Origin: Paramecium tetraurelia
Taxonomy: Eukaryota
NCBI GenBank assembly: GCA_000165425.1
Contig: CT867986.1
Span: forward strand, 573,399-637,398
Reading direction: 5' to 3'
Length of the DNA stretch: 64,000 bases
Part shown: in pieces, positions 1 through 13,290 of the stretch
How positions within the stretch are numbered: the stretch's first letter is position 1
Layout: each line of letters begins with the position of its first letter
The notes under the pieces: model-generated
The model's input: only the letters and a program-made list of their open reading frames with translations
The model's database searches: none
Told to the model about the DNA's origin: nothing
Program-made: the position numbers and the translations under genes

Positions 1-3000
1 ACTTACGATAAAAATGAGATTTAACAAGAATCCTTTAGATTTCGCTTTGTTTCGACGAATTACTGCTGATACTATTGATATAGATTTATTTATGAGGTTA
101 TTCTGGTGATTCAATATCCTTTTCACTTGAATCCTACTTCGATATCATATCATGATGATCACTGCATAAGAATTCCTGTTATTTTAAGGGTTGATTTTCT
201 TATTCAACTGGGATCATTTAACTACGCAAAGTTATTGGATCTGGCTGAGAAGTGAATTGAGGAATCTCGTTATCTCCTGCACCAGGCATGATGTAATCCT
301 TTAACTTGATACCTTCAAATTCAGAACTATATTCATCTAATGACTTTGATAATGGGGATTCATCAGAACAAACTGCTCCTAATTTATATGGGGATCTGAT
401 TTTTAAAACATACACTTTAAAAACCATCCTATTCACTAGAGAGTAAGACATTTACACTTCCAAATCCAATTGAAATTTCGTCTCTTTGTCTAATATCATC
501 TCAATGGAATCTTAGGAAACAGTGAAATGTTAAACCAATTTATTTGCTGTTGTTAATGTTCCAGATATACCATTTTCCTTTTAATACTCCTCCAAGTAAT
601 GTTGCAATTAGGCTTCTAATGAATTAAAATTGGGTATAAATTAATTAATAGATTTACCTAATAATTTTGAGGGATTACTCATTTCAAAACATTCTAAAGC
701 ATTATTAGTAATTCCCTCTATGTTTTATTTGGAATCCAAAAGAATAAATCCACTTAATCCATCCTATCTAATTCCTTACTTGATTTCCTTCATGAAACAA
801 AAGGAGGGGAGAACATTTGATGAAAAATTAAAACTGATATCAATAAAGATTTCCAAATAACTCAAAACTCCTGGAGTTGCATTCTATGTTAATAAAGGTA
901 AAGGTTATCTAAAAATCATAGGCCTATTTGTTATTACAAACATCTCCACCATCTCATCATGTGCCTTGATGAGACTAGGATAACAAAGTTGATCTAATGA
1001 TTTCACTTGTTATCGAAATTCTTCCTAAGTATAACCTACAAAAGAAGGAAAATTCTTTGAGAAATTAATGATTTCACCTCTCTTCATATGCGATTAAGTT
1101 AGATTAAGCAACATATATCCAACCTTATATGATTACTCCTCAGTTTTATAATAAAAAGATGGGTACTCAAAAAATTTGCTTTCCCTTGTATTGATTAAAT
1201 TGCATAGTTTTATAAATTGATCATAATTATTTGTAACTTCGAGACAATAAAGCATGTAGCAATACAAAGAGGTTCTTCCTGGTGAATATAAATTAAAATA
1301 TTCTAATTCTTTCTAGATCTTACAATTTTGTGTGTTTAATTGCAAATATAATTCTTCGAGTGACTCATAACTATGAGTTTCATCATTTAATTTTATGAGA
1401 AACTGTTTTTTGTGCTATAAATTGGCAAACACTAATTTCAACAAGCGATCCCTCTCCAATTCTGTGTACCTGTAATCTTCATATTTCAATGTCAACTCTA
1501 TTGATTGTCTAGTGATATCTTCTTTGAATCTATGTAGAATTTGATATTTCGAATAACTCTTCAGTAGCTCAAAAGCTAATCTCTGCTACAAAGAACTTCC
1601 CTTCTCCAATAAATGTTTTAAATCAAGTATTTACAATTAAGCCTAATAGCACTCATCAGAATTGCATAAAAACACTAAGATCTATATCAAATAGATAATA
1701 TTAGGATGTGCCTTACGTATTTCAGTTTAGAAGACTAACTTCGAGTAATCTCTTAGATATCTCATAATCAATTCAACATAAAATTGAATATTGAGTATTT
1801 TGAAATCATCATACATTCTCATTTCCTTAACTATCTCATATTTTTCTATTATCTTTCTCTTTTCCCCTTTTAAACCTCTGCAAAAACAATATTGATTATT
1901 ACAATTTTCAGTGTGAGTCCTCAACAATATGATACACACCATAAGAATCTTAGACCTCTCATTCTTTAACTCCACTCCAGAATTTCTGGTTAATACTCCA
2001 ATTTCTGACAACCTCATCAATTGGACTGCTCTTATAAAGTGAATGAAGTAAGACATGTCGTATTATTTAATCATGTTTGATTAGAAATCCTTATATTTGA
2101 TATTCTCACTTTCAATCCTTAAACCTTATTCAGATTCATGAGTGTGTAGAGTTTATTGAGGTTATTATTGATTGACCAATACTTGAATAGACTTTTCCTT
2201 CTTTAGAGTGGAGGTGAGCACATTTTCAATTCGACTATCTTGAAGAACAACAAAGAGTCTACTAAGACAAGGGGACACAATAAAAGTCAAACATATTATC
2301 TATTAGTCACTTAGTCTGCATATGAAAAATAATGTCAAACAAATAACAATTGCCCTCATGAACAAATTTGTGGAATACTTGAATTTCTATACATAAGGCA
2401 GTGTGATGTAGGCATCTAAGGCATCAATTAGAAAAGCCAATATTACAAAGACCAAATTAACTGTGTGAATAAAATCGTCTTCTTTTATAAGGTTGCCTGC
2501 CCTTACATAAGAGTAGCTGATCAATATTGGTATTATACAAAATCCTATATGTAACCATTATAAATATGAAAATCTCAGTCTCAGAAAATTGGATTCATGC
2601 AATGTGAATGACACTTAACACCATACCAAGGACAAAGCTGCAATTATCAAAGTTTCAATAGCCAAAATTACATTGAGGATTTGTCCGACTATTTACTAAG
2701 TTTAATCTGCCTTATCTAAGGCTAAGTTGATTTGCAACAAAAAATAAAGTATAGGGATTAAAAAAACATGAGGAAAATAATTCAAAAATATTGCTATTTA
2801 TCTCAACCTAATGATTTATAGGGATGTGTTCGATTGATCTGACATCAAACGATGTTGAAATCCTTCTATATATGAGTTTTAGTTGTAGATCTAATGCATA
2901 ATCTGAATGCAATCACTTAGATTGTCACTCTGACTGATATTTAATTGTCTTTTATTCTTGAACTTAGTTTATTTAAAAAATGTTATCTCATCGGACATAC

Positions 3001-3340
3001 TCACTCCAACCAAGATGGCTGGAATGGAAAAGAATATGATGAATACACTCTAACATGCAATCAAATAATCTGGCCCTAAATTCTCAGGCAAATACATAGT
3101 TGGCACACATATTTTAAATAGTAACTCCAAATCCTGGATTCCAGGTTATCCATTAAAATTATTTAGTAAAGAAGCTAATTTTATTATGGCGACCTTTTAA
3201 AGTACGCTCACTATCAAGGACAGTGTCCAAAGGAAATTGTTTTCTTTCATGAGACAAAATTATGTAAATCCTATAATGAATTATAGTCTGTTTTCTAGTT
3301 TCTACTGAAAACTGTTCTTAAAGTTCTCCATTTTATTCAT
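1..3340 (-). CDS. Large multi-pass membrane protein with PAS-like domain (TmcB/tiny-macrocysts-like ciliate family), runs off the left edge
   Basis: Code-6 ORF from ATG at 3340 (MNKMENFKNSFQQKLE...), several hydrophobic helices, then a PAS-like segment 'CLIQLNRI/..RGEIINFSKNFPSFVGYTQEEF..LDQLCYPSLIKAHDEMVEMFV' near 930-1110. Family assignment is by recalled similarity. Confidence 0.65.
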
Positions 3341-3375
3341 TTTGAATATACTTTTAATATATATATAATTAAAAT

Positions 3376-5017
3376 ATGAATTTCGACACCAATATATACA
3401 AAAGCAGTCTAATGAGCAAGTGGATCTTAATACTTCAACTGGTCATCGATGTAAGTCTGGTTGCTGTGTTTACTGGTATAGCAGAAGTTGCTCCTTAAAT
3501 CTTGACATTTACAGATGTAGTGGATGATACCAAATGTCAAAATGAATTGAATGTTTAATGTACTACTTTGGATAATAAAAGAGATTTAGGGAACTCAAGA
3601 AGAATTCAAATCAGTGTTGAGCAACAATTTGTTGTGTTTCTTTTGTCATGAAAACATACCAGATTAGCCATTTGGAATCAAAGGCATTCTACTTAATCAA
3701 GAAACCATAGTCAATTAAACTATGCTAACCTACTCTATAGGTTACTTTGATGACATTACAAGGAGATCTTGTTGGTATGATGCATCATAAAATGAGAATA
3801 TTAACTATCTACCCAAAATTAAGTCTAATATATATGATAAATAAATAGAGGTCCAATAGTCTACCTTACTTCTGAATTGGGAATGTATCCAAAATTTAAC
3901 ATCATATACTTGCTACACTAAAGAACATATATATAAAGACAATCGACCCTTTTCTAGGTTATTTGGCTTTATAATGGTAGAAGGAATTCAGTATCAATAC
4001 ATGAACTTTGCCATCATGAAACAAAGCAAAGATTATTATCTATATAATGAAGTTATGATGATTGCTTGGATTGGAATAGAACTGGTTTTTTGCTGTATTT
4101 TGTGCATGTTGGAAGATGAGTTTGAGGATTAATAAGCAAAGGTTTTAATACCCACTTTGTCTGTAAGAAATCAAATATTTTTGATATTCTTCCTAAATAA
4201 TCATCCCTTATTTCTGATTCAATTGTTCTATGATAATATCTACTTAAAATTATTCAATGTAATTTTCCAATCAATTGGTTAAGCTGGATTTATGTTCTAT
4301 TGTATATCAATTGCTTTCAAATTACTTGAACTCAATTAATAATTCATCACATTCATCAATTTAGGAATTTGTGTTACCTATTCGGCGTTGAAATCATTTA
4401 TTACTATCGTTACTGGATTGGACATGATGAAGAACATACCTCAATCGTCAGTTTATCTTAACTAATCAAACTTTACTTTTATTGGGTTATTTATGGTGTT
4501 TTGGTACACTTACTTCATATTGGTATAGGGTGTTTTATTCATAAAAAATAGGAGAAACAAAGCAATTCAATACAAATTTGCTAGAACTGATGTCAATATG
4601 AAGATGTGTCATAAATATTATAAGGGGATTTTCATATTTCAAATCTTTAGTTTAATTTTTGTCAGTGCATTTTTTGCAAGAATCCTATGGTAAAACATAG
4701 TGATATTTAACCCAAATTATTTGTATTATGATCATTATCAAATCACACTAATAAATGTTTGGATTGTAACCTTATTCATTTTATTTCACCTTGAAAATCC
4801 AAATAAGATAAATTAGATACTTGAGTAGGATGAGGAGGAAATTAGTGATAAAGTTGAAATTCAATTATGTAATACAATTCAATTAGAAGAAGAATAGGTT
4901 AAATTGCAGGAGATACCTGAGTAAAATTTGGAAATGGGCAGTAAGACACTTGACACCAATTTGCGTTAATATAAATATAACAATATTGCGTAACCTGAAA
5001 CACAACTAAGACATTGA
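3376..5017 (+). CDS. Multi-pass membrane protein, TMEM181/Wntless-like (needs one +1 shift or an atypical intron near 3550-3650)
   Basis: N-terminal TM, luminal domain, then TMs including 'LIFFLNNHPLFLIQLFYDNIYLKLFNVIFQSIGQAGFMFYC', which resembles the TMEM181 'NDPFF...FQS' motif. TGA at 5015-5017. Confidence 0.55.
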
Positions 5018-5057
5018 TTTATAATTATATATAAATTATATGATTATTTCTGAATAA

Positions 5058-5990
5058 ATGTAAGCCAACTTGGCTCACTTTTTTTTAGTTCTCAAATCAT
5101 AGGAGTGTGTCCAATATCAAGATATCAATGGTGCTCAATATGAAGGATAGATACGACTCATATAACCACATGAACAAAAACTGGTATTCAATTATACTCG
5201 CAATTTGGCAACTAATGAATCTAATGATAATAAGCTAGTGCAATTCAAAGATCTAACTTATTTGAAGGTGCAAAATCAAATACCGTAATCTCAGATAGTT
5301 GAGAAATCCAAATCTGAAAAAAAAACAAAGACTTTTGTGAGATGGGAACAGAATGTGGATGCATCAAACTTAGAAGATTAAGCAGTGAAAAACTTCGATC
5401 AATTCGAGGCTATTAAAAAATTTGGCATTGAACCTACCTATGATGAAAATAAATATACCACCAAATTGATAGCCCCTGTAACTGAAGATTTAAGATTGTA
5501 TGCAGAAAAATGCGAAAAAGAATTGAAAAATGACACATCCAATAAACATGTACTTGAAGAGCGAAATCTAAAACAATTAGACGATGAAGAATAAGCATAT
5601 TCTGAAGTTATTAGAGAACAACCATAATAGATGGCACAAGTTCAATAAACAATCTAAACTTAATTAACATCTCCTCCAATTCAATTTTTCAATTCTAATA
5701 AAAAAAAAGAAAAAAACAATAAAATATTATTTATAGAAAAACTATTAGAACCTGTCAATCTAATTTCGGATGATCCTGAATAATAAATGAAAATTAAATA
5801 GATAAATTAAGAAGCCACAACCAAGTAATTTTATTTTAATAAGCTTATTAGGTTTAAATTTCAATAGGCTACTACTGATAATATCCCTAAATTAATGCTT
5901 TCTAATTTCATTAATGCCATTGAAGGTTATAAATGGTAAAACATGAATCCAGACCCAAGCAAAAACAAAAAAGAGAAACTCAAAAAATGA
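5058..5990 (+). CDS. Ataxin-2/Pbp1-like protein (LsmAD domain)
   Basis: 'NFDQFEAIKKFGIEPTYDENKYTTKL...AEKCEKEL...NKHVLEERN...DDEEQAYSEV' matches the LsmAD pattern. One intron at about 5825-5851. Confidence 0.8.
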
Positions 5991-5996
5991 ATTAAA

Positions 5997-7004
5997 TCAA
6001 AGTGTTTGTAATATATTAATAAAATTTTACATTTTCTCATTGAATTCCTTTGATTGCGATCCAAAATCATTATGATTTCCATCATCAATAATAAAGATCT
6101 CTATCAAGTTTTTAGCTCTCTGACTCAACTCCATAATTTATTTAATATCAACTAATTTATCTAATTTTCCATGGATTATCAACACTGGTGACATGACGTT
6201 TTCAATCATTTCATAATTCCTAAAAATATCAGATTTATGAAGTTGTTAATGATTTGAAATTATACTAAGAATAGATTTAAAACTGGACTTGATAATAACT
6301 CCCCCTATTTTAACTTAACTTGCCTATATTATCGATCAAAATACTAGATATAACGAAGGACTGGTTCCTAATGATTGGCCATATAATATTATTTAAGAGT
6401 TCTAAAATCCAAGAGACAATACAAAATGATAAACACATTCAATAGCATTGAATATACTGTCTTAACTCGTAACACCTTGACTAAGCCCATATCCAGGATA
6501 GTCGTATCCGATTACCATTATTTTGAATTTATTGCAAAAATCAATGTATTCATCAATGCAACATCCAATATCTGGATGATTTGAATGCGAATGAATCAAA
6601 ACCATTTTCGTTTCATATTTAATTGGCTTTATTAGAGCTAGAGCCAATCTTCCATTTTTGGTATCTAAATATAAACCCTCTATTTCCAAATCATTTGGCC
6701 ATTCCTTATTAATATTCTATCTTAATTGGATAGAATAAAATGATAGTTTAGTTTTTTGGGATTTTATTAGAGAATGCTTATTACTTAATAATTTATCTTC
6801 GAGACTTAAGCTAGAAGATTTAATTAAATTGATTGAAAATTATTCACTTTAAATTGAACATTCCTATAAGTTTGAATTCTGTAGATCTTATTCCTAAAAT
6901 TGATAGGTAGGGTTAATTGGTTTAAATACAAACCATCCCAATAGCTTATCCTTCAAGTTGCAGAATATTAGGAATAGACAACATTTGAGTTTACATGTCT
7001 TCAT
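5997..7004 (-). CDS. Alpha/beta hydrolase, ABHD17-like depalmitoylase family
   Basis: Cys-rich N-terminus (MKTCKLKCCLFLIFC), HSHSN, YDYPGYGLS, nucleophile elbow GQSLG, HGKLDKLV (Asp) and GNHND (His). Confidence 0.85.
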
Positions 7005-7032
7005 TTTAAATTTAATATTATTTATATATATA

Positions 7033-7748
7033 TCATTTACTTTCAACCAGAGTATATTTGCTAAACCTTATTCCATCAAATATTTTTTATTGATATATTG
7101 TTGTTTTGCATAATCCTGAATAAGTACTTGATCTTCCTTTATCACATGCTGACCCAATGGTCTTTTAAGTGGCAGAAACATAAGGAACAACACCTTTGCG
7201 TGGAGCCTTGTTATTCTTAAAGATAAAGTACCTCATCAAAGAAACAAACAACATATTCTATGAATTTATCAATATTCTTTTTCAAAGAACGTCCGCACCC
7301 GAAATATTTCATTCTTGCAATAACCAATTACTCACCCTTGTTATCATCCATCCACTTTTGATAAACCTCCCTTGGTTCCCACTCCTGACTGATTGAATGA
7401 ACAGTTCTGAATTTATGTAGAGCACCATAACGAGTTGTTAACTAAATATTGTCTATTTTGTTAATTTACTTGTTTGCAACTTTCGAGAGAATCTGGACAT
7501 CGTTCTGAACACGTTTATGCAGCATTTGCAATCCCTTATTGCCACTCAACAACATTCATATTTGCTGCATAATCCATTTCGCCAACGTGATTTTTCCTTC
7601 TTCCCTAAGCAACTTCATTTCTTAATCTATTCAATTATTCTTCAAATTCAGTTTATCTTTTAGCAAATATTCCTTTTGCTGTAGTCTAACAAGAGTCACC
7701 TGGTAATCCATGTGCAACAAAGAAGCATCCTAAAACCAAAATTATCAT
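7033..7748 (-). CDS. Secreted CAP/SCP (PR-1/allergen V5-like) domain protein
   Basis: Signal peptide MIILVLGCFFVAHG, 'LNRLRNEVAQG...AANMNVVEWQQGIANAAQTCSERC', 'YFGCG', 'YVVCFF', C-terminal 'PY...C...GLC'. Two tiny introns. Confidence 0.8.
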
Positions 7749-7947
7749 TATAATATAATTATCGTTTTTTCTAAATAAAATTATGTTGGATCGATTCTCA
7801 GAAATAGGAATTGTAAAATTTATAACTTTTTGAATTGTTTAGTAATACAAATTGGATTGATGTCGATTCTTTAAACTTAGGTCACTTTTATATTAGTAAC
7901 ATAACATAAGTTCTAAAATCGAAATTTATAAATATATAATTTATATA

Positions 7948-8363
7948 ATGGCAGAGAACAATAAGGATTTAAAATAACTTAAGATCAAAACAGCAGCTCT
8001 CAAAAGAATTCAAAAAGAATTTTTTGGTTATTAAAAGGAAGAGTTGAAATAAAATGAAAGAATTTAAAAGCTTAAAGACTAAAATGCTGATGAGGCAGAT
8101 ATCAAAAAATAAGTTCAAATTTATTTCTTATCATTTTAGGAAGAAGTTCTATAAGAAACTGTATAAATGTATCCAAATATTATTGGAAGACTCGTTGAAT
8201 CTGTGACAGAACTCTAAGGTTGGCTAGTAATAATCCTTATTAAAACAATTAGGATGGAAAAATAAATGATCCCTTGATTGATACCAGTGATGAAAAGACA
8301 AAGGCCCTAGAAGCAATAGTTGAGGCCTAAGAGTTTTTGGTAGCAAATAACCCAGCTCAATGA
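7948..8363 (+). CDS. TBCA: Tubulin-specific chaperone A (cofactor A)
   Basis: 'KQLKIKTAALKRIQKEFFGYQKEELKQNERIQKLKDQNADEADIKKQEEVLQETVQMYP..RL' in code 6. Two introns. Confidence 0.9.
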
Positions 8364-8976
8364 ATATTTTAAATCTTATTAGCAATGAATGTATCTAATA
8401 TATACGATTAATTACACGCATATCTATTCATATCTATATAGAATTATTCAAAGCCTAAAATCTATTTTAGTTCCCTGTTATATCAATAATAGTGGAATGA
8501 AAAAATAATATTGAATATATTTAATTTTTCTTTTGGAATAATTCTTATTAAAATCAGAAGAGTTGTGATTAAGACAGAATAATCTGGGGATTGCTTAAAA
8601 TAACGAGTGATACTCTTACTTCAATAGAGTGCAAATAAATAAAAGAGTATAGCAGTTTATTGTTATTCATTTTTTTATTTCCAGTAATTTGAATGTTTAA
8701 TGAATTTTTGATTGCCGACTCTCCTTTATTCGATATTATTATTGTCTATGAAAGTATAAAGCTGGTAACAAGAATTTTTATCTTAACAAAAATATATTTT
8801 GGATTGATCCTGAACAATATACCAAATTGTTATGAATCACTAAGTTATAAGACAGAAAAAAGATGGAGAACGATGATTTCCTTATTTCTCATTATTGATT
8901 TTGATATGTTAATTTTTTTTTAATATGAGACAAAAAATGAATTGTGAGAAACAAATATTATTAAAATTTAGCAATA

Positions 8977-10761
8977 ATGTACACAATGGAAACATAAACG
9001 CTGTTAGGATGCAAGGAGTTATTGAACCCATAATCCAATTTAGGTAGTGAAGTATCTCTGAATATTTAAAAATCTAACTTGTATGTGATCATTAGGATTT
9101 ATAGATCTGAAAATTTTACTAATCTCTTGCTGAAACTGTTTAAAGAGGATTATTAGAGGTTTAATTTGGAAGAATAATTAAATCTTAATTTACAATATCA
9201 AATGCAAAGTTAATTAGTTGTTACAATACAAATTTTATTTCATGCCCTCCTTTATGGTGTTTCTTTGGATATTACTTATAAGCCATAGAAAGTATGCTTT
9301 ACAAGCTACTTAACTAAGCCGGATACAACTCCCATTTATGCTTCTGATAAGGTAAATTATTAATTACAATTTTACAATAGAATATAATTAATTTACTAAG
9401 TTTCTACACCCTGAAGTAGAATGACAAACTAGTTCATGGCTCTTTGAGTATCGACCCACTCACAGGATTATTTTAGTATAAGACCTTAACGACCATATCG
9501 TTTTACGAGTAGATAGAGCTAAGTGAAGGTTTTTTGGATTGTTTGCGCTTCAATATTGTAGAACACCAAAAACTCATGGAGATATAAGCTCCTTTTGTTC
9601 TCTATCAGATGAATAAGATAACGTTTAAAGAATTTAAGAAATTTACCCGAGAAGACCAATATGAAAGCAAATAAAAAAATATCGATTAATTGAAGGAGAT
9701 CTTTAAGCGGTAAATTTAATGTAGATTTAACAATAGTTAGATGCATCAAGAGATGACCAAAGAAGAAAAAGACAAGTTTTTGGATTACCCTAAACCAAAG
9801 AGTTTGCCTTTGCTAACTAAGATTAGTGTTCAAAAAACTGGCGATGATCTTCTCCAGCAATGGAAGGATTAGCTTCTGATTACTTCCGGGGGTTATTCTG
9901 AGATTCGGAAAGTTTAGTTAGGTAAATAAATAGAAATTATATTTTAGCTTATAAGATAAGCGATAACGATCAAGCTTTTACGAGGGCTTTAGCAGTAAAG
10001 ACAGATAAGTCGAGTACCAATAATAAAGTTAATCACGAGCTCTCAATATTGAAGACTCTGTCCAAGACAACGGAAAAGGGAAATGGAGAGGCATATATAG
10101 TTACAAGCTACTATGATGAAAACTTGAAGGGCTGTTATTTTATGGAGTTCTACAACAATGGATCTTTGGAACAATATACTAATTCTAAATCTCAGGTGTT
10201 GAGTTTAAGAACGAAGTTATTTATTCTGGCTGGTATCATAAATGGGATTGATTTTCTTCATTACAAATAAATAGCACACTTGGATTTGAAGATGGGAAAT
10301 ATATTAATTTAAAAGTAGTTAATTCCTAAGATTTGTGATTTTGGGGAAGCTAAGCCATTTGATTTTCTGGAACAAGACAAATCTAACTTTTCTCGTAGTT
10401 TGCCTTACGCAGCCCCAGAATTATATAATTCAAATGAAATCACACCTGCATTCGACATCTTCTCTTTTGGGATTTTAATGTGCAAATTTGTTTTTGAATA
10501 ATTTCCCATTGTAATATTCTCTATTTATCACAGGAATACAATCCAAATGACTTAACCAATTTAGCAGAGAGATACAAGAACAACACATACGCAATCAAAC
10601 GAAATTTGATATAACAAATTAAGTGTGGACCAAAAAAAATAATGAAGAAGATCCTTCATCTGATTATACTTTGTCTCCAATCAAATCCAAAATCTAGACC
10701 CAAACCCAAATGGATATTAGCAATATTGTGGAAGATGATTAATTTTTTAGATAGCTTTTGA
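8977..10761 (+). CDS. Protein kinase (TKL-like) with unusual N-terminal domain
   Basis: TSGGYSEI, LAVK, HLDLKMGN, ICDFGEA, YAAPE, FDIFSFG, SRP motifs; about five tiny introns. Confidence 0.85.
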
Positions 10762-10816
10762 GAATATTCAATATATTTGATTTGTTATTGTTTAAAATAA
10801 TAAATTTTATTTCTGT

Positions 10817-11539
10817 ATGATGAATCAGAGAGTAGTTGTGAGAAAAAGAAGTCCACGTCCGATTATTAGATATCTCAAATATTGTCCCAAAATGACAGTT
10901 GCGTCTATAATGACAATTTAAAATTTTCAGGGATGTCCTTAATCTCCAAAAATCACACTGTCAGGTAGTAAGCTTTATCAGTCCTTTACCGTTCAATCCA
11001 GTCCCCAATCGCAAATGAAAAGATGTAAATAAAAACATAGAATTCTATTAGATATATCAGTGGATGCCCATAGATCAAGCCCGCCTTAAGCAATCTTAAA
11101 ATCTGCCTCTCCAACCGAGAGAAAATTTAGCTATCTTTCCTATTAAAGAACAACCATAGGACTAGAAAGTCCGGCCAAATAATAGGATAGTATTTATCAA
11201 ATTGAGTATGTTGATGATACAGTCTATTATGGATAGATAAGCATAACAAAAAGACATGGCATGGGTGCTATGTATGACAAAAACAAAAATCTAATCTATT
11301 TGGGCCAATGGAATAACGATAAATATCATGGACTTGGAGTTTTAGTGTAGAATGGGTATATTTATAAGGGAGAATTTTTAAATGGAGTCTTAGAAGGATA
11401 AGCAATAGAAGAGGGAAATGAAAAGAAATTCTATGGGTATTACAAAAACGGATAGAAAAATGGACCTGGTACCTTATATGAACATTCAAAAACCACAAAT
11501 GGAATTTGGAAAAACGATATTTTAGAATAAGAATGTTGA
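10817..11539 (+). CDS. MORN-repeat protein
   Basis: Repeats 'YYGQISITKRHGMGA', 'YLGQWNNDKYHGLG', 'YKGEFLNGVLEG', 'FYGYYKNGQKNGPG'. Confidence 0.85.
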
Positions 11540-11674
11540 TACTTCATTTTGCATATTTTCAATTGATCCAAGTTATTTTATAATCATTAGATTCTTATAT
11601 TGAAACAAATATAACACTTTCAAAATTTGAAAAACTTTAGGAATATTTGTTTTTTTAAATTTTATTTTTTAATT

Positions 11675-12867
11675 ATGTAAAATGTGAAATAAATGAGGGA
11701 AAAGTATGAAAATATCAAACAAAACAATCCGAATAGAAATGTTAGTGCTAGATCATATCATAGTCAAACACCTTCCAAAGAGCAATACCAAATCGCTTTT
11801 TCAAACAGTTAAAAATCAACTTAGAATCCCATAATATAGATTGGGAAAACATTATTATGTAGTCCTTGCTATAATAAAAGATTATTAAATAAAAAGCAAT
11901 TGAATAAAAAGTAAGAATCTGAATTGGAGAAAGTAAGTTTACAATTATAAAATAGAGGTTGCTAATGAATTAATTAGAATAAAATTAATTACTTGAATAA
12001 CAAAAGATTAATTTTGAAGTTGGATAATTATCATATCGAAAGTAATTGGAGCAACAAAATCGCGTTATTTCAAAATAATTATAGGATTAACAAAAAGAAA
12101 AGGAAAGATAAATTAAAGAATAAGAAATATTACAATAAAACTTAATTATAAAATAGAATTAGGAAATTTTATAGAAAGAAAAAGATGAGAGAAAAAAGAA
12201 ATAAAATAGTTTGCATTAAGAACTTGCAAGTCAACTTGAATAGCAAAAAAGATTAAAGAAATTAGATCAATTGTCTTAATCTGTGCAATTTGACGATCCT
12301 TATTGGAGATATCAAGCATAAGAGGAGAAGGAATTATAAAGAAGAAAACATTGCCAATTGATTGTGAATAATAACAACTGGTAAAATCATGAAAAAGAAT
12401 AACTTAAAAAATAATAGTAAGAAAGAGCAATAAAAAATAAAGAAATTGATTAAAGGATTAAGACCCTATAAGAGTATCATAATCAATTGGAATAGGAGAA
12501 AATAGAAAAATAATAAATATAGCAATAACTCATATTAGATTTAAATGCTTAAGTAAAACTTAAAAAAACAAAAGAAGAAGCCATTAAATTAATAGAGTTA
12601 TAAAAGCAGCGTAAAAGAGACGAAGAAATTATTGAATAAGAAAAATAAAGACACTGCCAAGAATTGTGTAACAAAAAGAAAATAAACCAAGAAATTATTG
12701 AAGGCCTCAATAAGTAAGTTGAAATGCAAAAATAATAAAATATTAAATAACAACAAGAACCAGTTAAAACTGATTTTTACTTATTCAAACCAACTGTAGA
12801 AAAGTAAACCATATCTTGTGCTGATTGCAAGAAATAGTAGGTTCCATAATAATTAAGCTATGCTTGA
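11675..12867 (+). CDS. Q/E/K-rich coiled-coil protein, unknown function
   Basis: Long code-6 ORF with heptad-like composition, intron near 11934-11957, C-terminal CADC, TGA at 12865-12867. Confidence 0.6.
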
Positions 12868-13290
12868 TAATATTGGTAAAATATTTCAAAAACAATATTT
12901 GTACTCTTAACAGTCTTTTTTATTAAATTCTTGTATTTCGAGAGTCTAAAAAGGAATGTCTTATTTCTTAAATAATTAACCATTGTTTAAAGTTGCATAC
13001 AAGTTCTTTAAAATTCTTTTACCAATATTTATTATTGGTTGATATGTAACTGAAATGTTATCCGTATTATTAATATTCTAGTAATAATTTAAAATCTTGT
13101 AAATCTGAGAAGTACTATCTTGATTTATATTCCAATAGAGGGTTGAATAGTTTGTATTATTTATTTATACTATTTTCGTAATCTTTAATGCAGAATAATT
13201 TTGAATGTATAATGCATTGTCAACTTGAAATGTAAAGTGATTAATAATTATTTTATATAAAATATCAGACCATTATTAAATTCAATTTTT

